A stretch of 64,000 bases of DNA, taken from the NCBI GenBank assembly GCA_951406725.2, contig OX597817.1:62868001-62932000 (forward strand), written 5' to 3'. The position numbers and the translations under genes were made by a program. Below, in pieces: positions 52,835 through 64,000 of this stretch. Under the pieces are notes generated by a model. It saw only the letters and a list, made by a program, of their open reading frames with translations, was not told the DNA's origin and did not search any database. Origin of the DNA: Octopus vulgaris (lineage: Eukaryota). Position 1 is the first letter of the stretch. The number at the start of each line of letters is the position of its first letter.

Positions 52835-54135
52835 CACTCAGAACCACGCTAATAGCTTAGGAATGAAATTTAGGATTTCTCAGTTTTCTGTGAATCGATT
52901 TTGATAAAACTTTTCGTAGCTGGTTTGCATACTATGGCAACACCATTATTATGTTTTCCTGATTCTGTGTAACGTCCTTTCTTTTTTATTTCTGCTTCTT
53001 CAATTTTGGGGTGAACCACGCTAAAAGCGTCTCCGCTCTATAAGAACGATGGAATATAGAAAAGGCCTTAACGTTGAAGAAAATCTGTGATCATCAAGGA
53101 AAGTCTTAAAGGCATCTCTCTTCATGTCTTTGCGGAGTAGTTAAGTCGGCATGTTGACACGGTTAGACGATTCCTGAAGGACGCTTTGCCAAGGAAGAAT
53201 CGATCCGATTGTGGGACCTCCAAGACTGTGACAGCTATGGATTTAAGGAATATTGGCTGCAAGTTACGTGAGAAACCGGGACAAACAAGCAAGGCCATTT
53301 TCACCGCCTCCGGACTTCCTCATGTACGAAAACCACCAGAAATCGCATCCTTAGAACCATGGCTTCCGTGCGAGAACCCCTGAAACTGCCTCCTTTAACG
53401 CCCTGTCACAGTAGTTTGAGGTTTCAGTGGGCCCAAAAGTACATGACATTACACATGAGTTGTGTTCTGCTCACTGACGAAACCAGGGCAACCCTTGATG
53501 GACCTGACAGTTGGGCAATTAGTTGGGTCTATTTTGGAGGTGATCGTCAACAACGGGATGGAAGAGTCATGTTGTGGGCTGGGATCATTGGGAACAGACT
53601 TGTTGGCCCAGTCAGGGTGCCTGAAGGGGTTAAAATGACCGCAGCCGCCTACTGTAATCTCTTGAAGGAGGTCTTGGATTCCTGACTAGATGATATACCG
53701 CTGTCACTTCTAAGACATTTCTTATTCATGCATGACGACGCTCCCTCCCACTCTGCTAGAACCACCCAAACATTACTAGGTTCTTGTAGCAGACAAGGTG
53801 AAATGTTGATGGTGTGGCCGCCAACATCTCCGGATCTCAACCCTATCGAAAATCTTTGATCCACCATTAAACAAGATGCCTTTGCCAATGGACGCCAATT
53901 CACGACGATAGAAGTCTTATGGGCGACCATCAAAGTTGCAGCAGAGGCAGTCCAACCAGCTAATATCAAGAAATTGACAGATTCCATGACTAATAGACTT
54001 TTTAAGTTATCCGTCGAAATGGTGGTCATTATTTCAATAAATGTAATAATATTGTGGTTTTCTGTTAAATATATACTCAATGTATACTTAATATATATCA
54101 TTACTCTTCACAAGCTATTAGCGTGGTTCAGGGTG
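52835..54135 (+). mobile_element. Tc1-superfamily DD37E (TRT-like) transposon, pseudogenised
   Basis: TA-flanked TIRs CACTCAGAACCACGCTAATAGCTT / AAGCTATTAGCGTGGTTCAGGGTG; TDETRATLDGPD; HDDAPSH..SPDLNPIE with 37 residues between D and E; stops and frameshifts. Confidence 0.92.
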
Positions 54136-54180
54136 TATATATATGTGGGTGTATATTTACTTTCTAATTACCAATATACA

Positions 54181-54227
<47 letters not shown>

Positions 54228-54341
54228 CATTTTATAAAGGGCTTAGTAAAATAAATTACTTTGCCACATACTGAACTCATTAGAAATAGCAGCCAAAAAA
54301 TACTTGGTGAAATTGATTAATAATTAATTAATTTTACCCTC

Positions 54342-54398
<57 letters not shown>

Positions 54399-54521
54399 AA
54401 ATAACTGAGGTTCATTTGAATTAGGTACTTAAGTTGAAGCACCAAGTCAGTACGGTATTATCTGCACAGCCCGAAATAAGGTGAATGAAATCAAAATAAG
54501 CAACAGGATATCAAGTAGTAA

Positions 54522-54611
54522 TGCAGTACGACCGTTTCAAACAGCTCCATTTAATTGAACAATGCAATCAATCATTACATCAATTTAAATTCAATGCCAT
54601 CGTCAGCTACA
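54522..54611 (-). ncRNA. Type I hammerhead ribozyme motif
   Basis: TGTAG-CTGACGA-TGGCA..TGTTT-GAAAC-GGTC-GTA-CTGCA; the host repeat is related to 33040-33230. Confidence 0.7.
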
Positions 54612-56045
54612 CAAATAAACAAGTGGAATTTAAATCAATGAACGAAATTATATGTAAAAGTCATATGAGAAAACTATGCATCATATACGTTAGGTTCAGG
54701 TATTGAAGGGAAGAGTGACAAATAAAGAGATAAAAATTCGAGATAAGGGCTTCCAAAAGGAAGTGTTCGAATTGATTAACAAGTAGGACACTTTGATATA
54801 ATTTTTCTCAAGTATTTTAACAGAGCAAGAAGATGGAAGAAATTCATGTCGTCGCTATTGTAACAAAGAAGAGACATGGAGCATAGTCGTGTCATATGGT
54901 TGTAAGGTAATCTTAATTCATCTATCTCTTTATCAACTATTAAATCTAAAGCTGGAAGACAGTATCTATTTTGAATAATGAACAAGAGTGAATTGAGTAT
55001 GGTCATAAATATTATCATATTTACCCCTTTCATCGGGGAGGAAATAAGACATTAGGAGTAGTCATTTGGATATAAATAACTATCTATAAAAAGAGGCAGG
55101 ACAAGGGTGGACTTTAAATCATGATGTTAATTACCAGATAAAGGGGCAAGACGCTAAGAAACCTAAGATGTTAATACAGAGGAAAATTTATTTAGGGGCA
55201 CTATGGGTGATTGTTTATAAGCAATATTGTTATGCTGTATAAAATTAAAATTTAAGAATTTCAAAAATATCATAACCAAAATAGGTGAAAGGTGTATATA
55301 TATATCAATTATAAACATTAAAAAGGAAGATTAGATAGAATCAGTTTAATATTAATTCATGTACTTAATTAATTACTATTAGGTCGTTTCTATAAAGACA
55401 GCTCAAGTCATTTACTTATGGAATAACTGGAAATTTTATATATGCTATCTATTAATTTTAAGCCATCAATCAGAAAAATGTAAAAATGCATACAGATACA
55501 CACACATATATATGTGCATATATCCATATATAGACACAAATATTCATACGTTTCTATGGATATAGTATGTCGCATAGACATAAATAACTGAAAAATATCT
55601 ATTTAAGAACAAGAAAAATAACAATTTATTAGGGATATAAATATATATGCACACACACACACACACGTGCACATAAATAGGTAAAAACCTATTTTTCACT
55701 TCTATATTTAGATATGGATTAATCAAAGCCATGACCAATCTCCCAATCAAATATCATCAATCTTTTAATCTTGTCTTTCATAAATTCCTTCAAGTGAAAG
55801 TTTCACCTTTCTATAGACATTTGAACTACAACGAATGTTCGGTCATTCGTCATTTAACCCAAATGTGTTGAACACATCTATAAATATACCAGCGTTTTGA
55901 ATTTTCATTTACTTCCTGATGTGAAAAGCGATATCATTTCACATCCTGCGATCGAAACCTGTCAACAATTGCCACATGCCTTAGATATCAATATAAAATT
56001 TAACTTTTCAGTCTAGTGTAATGAACTGATAATCATTTCAATAAA

Positions 56046-56124
<79 letters not shown>

Positions 56125-56436
56125 CACACGTATATATATATACACATACATATATGTATGTATGTACACTGAATATAGTTACGAGCAACAAAGTATTTTC
56201 TACATTGGTGATGTTTTCTAGGCAGTTTTAAATAACACGAGACATTGCTTGTCTCCAAGCGATTACAGAATTACAGGTTATGGTTCGAGATATTAGGTAT
56301 TTTATTTAAATCAACCTAGAAAATATCTCCAGTGTAAGGAACATTAAACAATATTTATCTCTCACCAGATGAAATTCTTTTTTGTTAATCTTATCTTAAC
56401 GGAAATGTAAATTATATATGTACGTATGTATGTATG

Positions 56437-56467
<31 letters not shown>

Positions 56468-56537
56468 CATACACACATACATACATACATACATACATAC
56501 ATACATACATACATACATACATACATACATACATACA

Positions 56538-56568
<31 letters not shown>

Positions 56569-57027
56569 GTTCGTACATAAATATTAATTTTCATAAGGAA
56601 AATGTCAGCAATGATATCGAACTCCACCAAGCGTTACACCTGGAAAACTAGAACATACATTGAAGTTCACCTTTTCCTTGTAAAACTTTACAAAAATTTT
56701 AATAATTTTAATGTGTGTTGTCACGCTTACTCTTACGGCTGAGGAAGGGAGACAACAAACACCACCAACCCTACTACGAGCCATACTTGGGCCATTGTTA
56801 CGATTACTACTAGGTTACGTGTCGACAAAAGCCTCTAGAAACATGCTACCACTTTTATTAACTAGCCTTCTTGCCAATTAGCAAGAATCAGTAGGAACCG
56901 AATTACAGCACCATGTGACCTTTATAGCATGGAAAATTCCAGAACTGGTAATATGAAAATTTAATTTAATTTTTTTCCATTTTATTCTAGCATGACGAGG
57001 TCGTTTTGAATAATATGATGCAGTGAA

Positions 57028-57538
57028 TGCCCTGATGCAGTAACAGACAGTGGCTCTCATGGCTTCTGATCTTAACTGATTGAAAGTGTTATCATGTACA
57101 TTGTTTTGTCTTGGTATAAAAGATGGGTTCCAGCAAATATTCACAGATTTGCTTGGTCAGTTGTTTGGCCTTAACCAGTTGAGCATGTCGTATATTTTAC
57201 CCCAGTGTCACTTTGATGGCATGCACTGCTCTCTCACTCCAAAAGAAGAAGAAGAAGAAGAAGAAGAAGAAGAAGAAGAAGAAGAAGAAGAAGAAGAAGA
57301 AGAAGAAGAAGAAGAAGAAGAAGAAGAAGAAGAAGGAGGAGGAGCAGGAGCAGCAGCAGGAGGAGACGAAGGAGAAGGAGGAGGAGGAGAAGAAGAAGAA
57401 GAAGAAGAAGAAGAAGAAGAAGAAGAAGGGGAGGAGGCAAAGAAGAAGAAGAAGAAGAAGAAGGAGGAGGAGGAGGAGAAGAAGAAGAAGAAGAAGAAGA
57501 AGAAGAAGAAGAAGAAGAAGAAGAAGAAGAAGAAGAAG

Positions 57539-57570
<32 letters not shown>

Positions 57571-58122
57571 GAAGAAGAAGTACCCTGATGCAATACAAGG
57601 CTGTGGCTCTCATGGCTACTGATCTTAACTGATTGGAAGTGTTAGCATGTACATTGTTTTGTCTTGGTATAAAAGATAAGCTACAGAAAATACTTTGTTC
57701 AATACCACAGATTTACTTGTCAGTTGTTTGACCTTAAACGGTTAAGCATGTTCCTTACCGGCTAGCGATATGTGCATCTCTGATCACGAGCAGAAGTAGT
57801 GGGAGAGCATCATAGCCATGTGTTGAGAGGAATTCTTCAAGGTTTGGATAATTCACCTTTGGAAACATGAGTGTTTCGTTCAACATCCTTAAACAACCCT
57901 TCTTCAGGGACCTTTTGAGTAGGATGGACCACTCGACTTGAAGAAAATTCTAACTGGGCCCCACCTGCAGATGATGTGCTGTTTATCCTCATATGAGATC
58001 ACCATGTCGCGCACATATGGCTGTGATGCATGTGACTAGTGTAGCTATATCAGATGGGTAGCCATGATGTGTACACTGGGCTTCGTATATTTTACCTCAG
58101 TGTCACTTTGATGGCTTACAAT
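57028..58122. repeat. Two tandem copies of an interspersed repeat (one internally deleted), each ending in a trinucleotide run
   Basis: CCCTGATGCA..GTGGCTCTCATGGC..CAGTGTCACTTTGATGGC at 57030-57240 and 57582-58115. Confidence 0.75.
57243..57580 (+). repeat. (GAA)n/(GGA)n polypurine tract
   Basis: About 340 bp, almost all purine. Confidence 0.97.
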
Positions 58123-58123
58123 C

Positions 58124-58175
<52 letters not shown>

Positions 58176-58413
58176 TGTACACATATATATCCATGTATAT
58201 GTACATATACGTAAGTGTATATACATATATATACATAAATATGATATAGATATATACTATTTATATATATATATATAGGTTTTTATTATTTTTTTGGAAT
58301 TTACTTAATCATTGATATTTTATTGTTATTTTAATTTTAATATTTCTGTTATACGTAATTTTCTAGATGGTGTAATTTAATTGTTCATTTTGAATTGATA
58401 AAAGGTAGGTCTT

Positions 58414-58472
<59 letters not shown>

Positions 58473-58561
58473 TTTATATTGTGTGAAATTTGATTTAGTA
58501 TTTCTAAATTTAATTTTTTTCCCTGTAAGTTTGGATTAATAATCCCTCAATTAATTATTAT

Positions 58562-58605
<44 letters not shown>

Positions 58606-59397
58606 CTCACACATGCACACACGCGCGCGCACACATACATACATACATACATACATACATACATACAAACACATTTAAATACATATACGTACGAGGTACG
58701 ATCTAGGAACTAGCGAGACGTCCCAGCACGAAGATGTTCACACATGCGCAGGAAGGCTCGCATCACCACCGACTCAAAAGAGTTTTGCCCACATGGCCCT
58801 TGTTTTGGCGAGGAAAAAGTAAAATTGGATATTATTTAACACAATTCGTGTGTGTGTGGTGTGTGTGTTTGTACGTGTGTGTGCTTGTGTGTTTGTGTGT
58901 GTGGATGTGTGTATGTATATACATATACATACACATATCTATGTGTGCATCTGTGTGTCTGTGTCTGTGTGTGTTTGTGTGTGTGTCTGTCTGTGTGTCT
59001 GTGTCTGTGTGTGTCTGTGTGCGCATGCGCATATATACATGCAAAAAAGAAATCAATTACGAGATGGATCGGTGAGAATGATGAATTTTCTTTGTAATAC
59101 TTCTGTGCATGGTGAATTATTTTCTGAACCAAATACATGGATGCTAATACGTTGTGTTTTGTTTGTTTAATGTTTTTCTCGGTCAACGCAAAGGTATAAA
59201 AGGGAAATTAATGATGCTGGTGTCAGAACGTTCCCTGAATCTTATTTGAATGTGATGGCTGTCATTTACTGTCAGCGAAAAACCTCGGTATTATAAAAGA
59301 AATGTCTCCTTCCCACTTTATTCTATCGATGTGGGTGTGTAGTCTATATATATACATACATACAGGTACATAGACTCCTCGCCCACGATGATAGAAG

Positions 59398-59442
<45 letters not shown>

Positions 59443-59800
59443 ACCCGGGCGAATTGGATCCCATAGGAGTAAATTTTGTGGCGAGAAAATATGTGGAAGC
59501 TAGTCGATTATATAAAATTTTGGCCAAAGAAACATCCTTAAACTCCGATGAAGGGAATTTTAAGTCCGGAAATATTAGACACATAAAAAACCAACAGTGA
59601 CAACAATATAAAAACAAAAATCAAAATACAGCATACCAGTTAACTTACATTTAATTTTCGTTAACTCATCTTACAGTTCATTTTGCATTGTTTAACGTCA
59701 CATACTATACACAATGCTTCAAGCAAACTATAACATTTTATTATATATATATGAGTATACGTACGTATATATATATATATATATATATGGGTATACGTAC

Positions 59801-59857
<57 letters not shown>

Positions 59858-59923
59858 GGTATACGTACATATATGCATATACATAGATATGGAGGTGCAT
59901 GTAAATATATATATATATATATA

Positions 59924-59974
<51 letters not shown>

Positions 59975-60036
59975 GTGTGTGTGTAACCGTGGACATGTAG
60001 GGAAATACACATAACATACGGAGCTAGCGAAGGAAT

Positions 60037-60104
60037 CACCCGTCTTCAGCTATCTATGTACTGAATATTAGGGGTTTCGAAAAGTGTGGACAATACTGCC
60101 AATA
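60037..60104 (-). ncRNA. Candidate strand-permuted hammerhead, second family
   Basis: TATTGGCAGT-A-TTGTCC-A-CACTTTTC-GAA-ACCCCTAATA-(10 nt)-AGATAG-CTGAAGA-CGGGTG. Confidence 0.5.
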
Positions 60105-60790
60105 GTGCTCCGTTGTCAGCAACAACTCGCACATTCGCTTGCTCATATAGTTTAGCGCAGACGAGACGCAAAAGACATGAAAATATGTTGAATTTTAACG
60201 ACTGTATCTTAGGAAATTCGTTCGACAAGGAAAAGTGTATTCTTAAAGGCTAAACTTTAGCTGCTAGAACAAAAAGGAAAGAGATCAACTGTGAGTTATG
60301 ACAAAAATAACGCAAAACAGCACAAGAGTATGGTGCGTATGTAGAAGAGAGGAAAAATATTCTGTCAGCTACAGAAAGGTGAAGCAGAGCAGTTAGAATA
60401 ACAGTTATTTACTGAGCTAAATAGACTGACTAAGATATATGAGAGACCTGACCGTAAGTCAGGATATAAAATGAGAAATATGGGGGTATAAGAACAAAGA
60501 GAGGAAGAGAAATGTAGAGTGAGATTGTGTGTATATATATATATATATATACACTTGGAAATGGATGTGTGGCGTTCAATCATATACTAATATAAATAAT
60601 ATATATTTGCATATATACATATATATATGTACATACTTACATAAATGTGTATATTCATATGCATATATGGGTACAGGACATCATAAAACGTAAACAACAT
60701 GAAATAAGAGATACGAAAACATGGAATACAAACGTTTTTGTGAACAACAAAAGAAACAAATGGAAAACAAGACAAGTAGCATAAAGAACA

Positions 60791-60865
60791 ACCCTTCTTC
60801 AGTTGTCGGTTGCTTTATCTACTCCAAATTTCGGACTATTACAATAAGATATGTCTTCGAGAAAT
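60791..60865 (-). ncRNA. Candidate strand-permuted hammerhead, third copy
   Basis: CATAT-C-TTATTG-TAATA-GTCC-GAA-ATTTG-(16 nt)-CGACAA-CTGAAGA-A-GGGT. Confidence 0.55.
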
Positions 60866-61336
60866 CAGTTGCTCACGCAAAGCAAAAAAAATATTTGGAA
60901 TTTGCGGAGGGTCAAAGTTGGTAACAAAAACAGGACAGTGAAAAGAAACAGTAAAGTCTGCTAAGCTATAATGAGTTGAGGTGGCGAACGCTGTAGGATC
61001 AAGCTTTGACAGGAGAAAAGATAGAAGAAGAGACAGACAAGAATGCGTGTGATTTTGTTGCAGATCAAAAGGAAAGAAAGAAGCTCAAGTTTGATCAACG
61101 AAAGAGTAAAAGAAGAAGAGTGAGAAAGAGAGAGGGACAGATAGAGAACGGAAAAGGGGAGAGAAAAGGAATTAGAGAAGGGATGAGAGACAAAAAGAAA
61201 GAGGGGCAAGGGGAGATAAAGAGAATAAGAGAAAAGAAGAGAGAGGACACGAAAGGGAGAGAGAACAGTACAGAGAATCACATCAAAATTATTAAGTTAA
61301 ACTTACTTGAAATGGATGCGTATAATTCAATCATAT

Positions 61337-61392
<56 letters not shown>

Positions 61393-61470
61393 GTTTAAAT
61401 ATTTGTTGTGCAAGATTTTTTATATAAATGAAAGAATGGAGTTGAACGACGATTTAACAAAATTCCTTTA

Positions 61471-61553
61471 TTCTCGACATATGTTTCGAAGACTGCATAT
61501 TCCTAATTCCGAAGGAATAAGGGGTGCATTATGCCGCCTTCTCATCAGGAAAG
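61471..61553 (-). ncRNA. Type I hammerhead in the inverted pseudo-LTR
   Basis: TTTC-CTGATGA-GAAGGC..GTCTTC-GAAAC-ATAT-GTC-GAGA; 6-bp stem II, palindromic ACATATGT. Confidence 0.88.
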
Positions 61554-61680
61554 ACAAGGAACTTATGTCAGCATCATGACGAACAAAAATTTTTAGATGA
61601 CTGCCCACACGGAGTCCATGGTGATAGTGAGTGTTTCTTTAAAATATTCCGTTATAAGCAGTGACGTCAAAATTGGTTGA

Positions 61681-64000
61681 ATGGAGAAGAGTATCGACGC
61701 CTCTTTTGAATATAAAAAGTTATTTAAGTCGAGGGGAACCCCTCCACCTAATCCCAGACTGAAGAAATTTGAAGATTATCTGTGGGACATCGTAAGGGAC
61801 ATTAAATTCTGTAAATCGCCCCTTACGAATAAACACCTCAAATACCTCGATAAAGTCACCAGAGATATAAACAGATTAGACGCGATCCTGGTCCAATCGG
61901 ATAAAACCGGGAACATATATAAGCTTACAAGGAACCAGTATTTAGAAATGATCAAGAAAGAAATACTTAAGAATTACAGGACAACAAGTAGGAATACACT
62001 CAGACAAGCCAACTTAGAAATTAAGAAAATCATGGAAACGTATGGATTACAAATGAAAACACAACCGCTGAACCCCAGACAACCAAGATTCATCGTTAAG
62101 GACCATAAACAGAACTTTCCTACCAACCCAGCATTAAAGCTCATATGCCCTTCTAGTTCCGACATCGGTACCCTTAGTAAGTACATTTTAGATAAATACA
62201 TACCTATATTAATTAATAAGTTAAAACTCAGCTTATGGTCTAACTCCACTCAAGTCGTAGAGTGGTTTACTTCTATTACTAATAAGGACAACACAAAATT
62301 TATACAATTCGATATATCTAGTTTCTACCCTTTGATCAACCCTAGTGTACTCAATAAGGCCCTATGGCACGCACATAATAAGGCAGGCCTCTCCAGGGAG
62401 GAAATTAATGTGATATTAGCGGTTAGAAAATCTTTCATACAGTTCGATAAGTTGTGGGTCCGCAGAGATACCCCCAACGCGTTCGATGAGCTAATGGGAA
62501 GTACAGACAGCGCCCAGATAGTCGATTTGGTCGGAATCTATATTCTCTATGAATTGGCCGACCAATTCCCGGACATCTGTGGCGGTCTATATCGAGACGA
62601 TTGTCTACTTTACCTCCAGAATGCTCCGAACAATAGGGTACAGAAGACTAAGAACAGATTAGCTAGATTATTTAGCAGAATGGGCTTGAGCATAGTTTTC
62701 GACGACGAATTAACTAAAGTCAACTTCTTAGATGTTACCCTAAATCTGCAGAATAATTCATACTTCCCTTATCATAAGCCTTCTACTAATCTTAAATATA
62801 TCAGCATTTTCAGTAACCATGCCAAAACTGTTACCAATAATTTAGTTTTAAATATTTCTTTAAGACTGTCAAAATTATCTGCTGATGTCGACATCTTTAA
62901 CCAAAAAGCGGAATTTTATAATGCCGCCTTGTCAAAAGCCGGTTATAGAGATAAAGTATCATATAACGACCCGGCCCATTCTAAACCAATATATGCTTCT
63001 CAGGATAAGAAAACTAATAACAATAGAAATAGTGAGAATAATGATTTCAGCTCTAACAACGTCGACACCACTAGACTTAAGAAAAATAATTTACGGACCA
63101 GGGGAGGCAATCGGCAACCAACCCCAAATTTCCAGCACAGAAATATTCCCTTTAATGTAAATGGTAACACTCTGAACAATTCTATGTCCACAAAAATACT
63201 ATATCTGCTTTGTCATACCTTTCGGAAAACAAATCAAGTCTAACCTTCCTTTACAGTTCCGTGAAGCCGTAGCTAGGAACTTTCCCAGGAATTCTAGGTA
63301 TTACTCTACTATCAATTCGCATAAGGTAAGGATTGCATTCTCTAACACTAGAAATCTACCGCAAATTATTGCCTCCCATAATAACAAGCTGCTAAATAAG
63401 GATTCTTCACCCGGGAGTCACGACACTGCCCTTACCAATTCCAACCAAACATACAATAATAATAATAATAATAGAAATAGTATTGATAATAGCAACATTC
63501 ATAGCAGCGTTGGCATTAACAATAATAGGAATAGTATAGTGGTCAGTGCTAGCAATAATATTAACAGCAATCATAACAATAAAAACTCCGTCTTAGTCTC
63601 GGATGTAAACCCTAACAGATTAAAGTTCTTGTCCAGCAATTCCAAAATTAGAAATTCCATTTACCAGTGTAAAATTTCTTCCGGTACCGGTGTCTTCTTC
63701 TACATTGGGGCGACTACTTCTAAATTATCCCAGAGGATTTCCAATCATTATTCAACTTTCCGAGATAAGAGAAAACAACAAAGCACAGGACTAAGTAAAT
63801 TAGTTTGGCGCCTTAAGGACAGCAATATAACTTTCAAGCTGGAATGGTCCATATTGTCTGTATCCTTTCCGTTTGATAAAGGCAGAAAATTTTGTGGCGT
63901 CTGTAATTCCGAACTTTTCCATATACTTTTCGCCAAATTCCCTTTGGTAAACACAATGGTAGAAAAATCGTATAGGTGCATGCACTGGCAGAAACACACC
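61681..64000 (+). pseudogene. Penelope-type reverse transcriptase and GIY-YIG endonuclease, frameshifted near 63200
   Basis: KDHKQNF, FDISSFYP, MGSTDSAQIVDLVG, GLYRDD, VNFLDVTL, SNH; in the second frame SIYQC..FYIGAT..RISNH..CGVC..CMH. Confidence 0.92.

Larger units (their letters stand above)
61430..64000 (+). mobile_element. Penelope-like retroelement (Naiad-type) with an inverted 3'-end copy at its 5' side; runs off the window
   Basis: RT ORF followed by GIY-YIG; 61430-61680 is homologous to the 3' UTR of the 26868 element but antisense to the ORF. Confidence 0.93.

Noticed and set aside
51742-53482. CTGACGA matches at 51742 and 53474 as hammerhead cores
   Set aside because: They lie in coding sequence (TDE codons) with no stems or correctly placed GAAA and cleavage triplet.
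57080-57632. Poly-E/K/R ORFs
   Set aside because: Translation of the (GAA)n tract.

Overview
AT-rich eukaryotic non-coding DNA, most likely an intron or intergenic region of an octopus or other coleoid cephalopod; this is inferred from its repeat families and extreme microsatellite density. I could not identify a host gene, and nearly all ORFs in the track are microsatellite artefacts. Recognisable coding remnants are all from transposons: a near-intact Penelope-like element (Naiad-type RT plus GIY-YIG, 61430-64000) and relatives, a 5'-truncated RTE LINE (50341-52152), a DD37E TRT-type Tc1 element (52835-54135), a Chapaev3-like remnant, Helitron pieces, MITEs and three tRNA-derived SINE families. 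The unexpected layer is RNA structure. More than a dozen hammerhead ribozyme (HHR) motifs sit in Penelope-derived ends, many inside fold-back inverted repeats. They include a G3-C8 core-swapped variant, a tRNA-headed HHR-bearing palindromic SINE, and three divergent copies of a hammerhead whose three strands are in a non-circularly permuted (pseudoknotted) order with conserved spacing and covarying stems. All ribozyme calls come from reading the sequence by eye; activity is untested.
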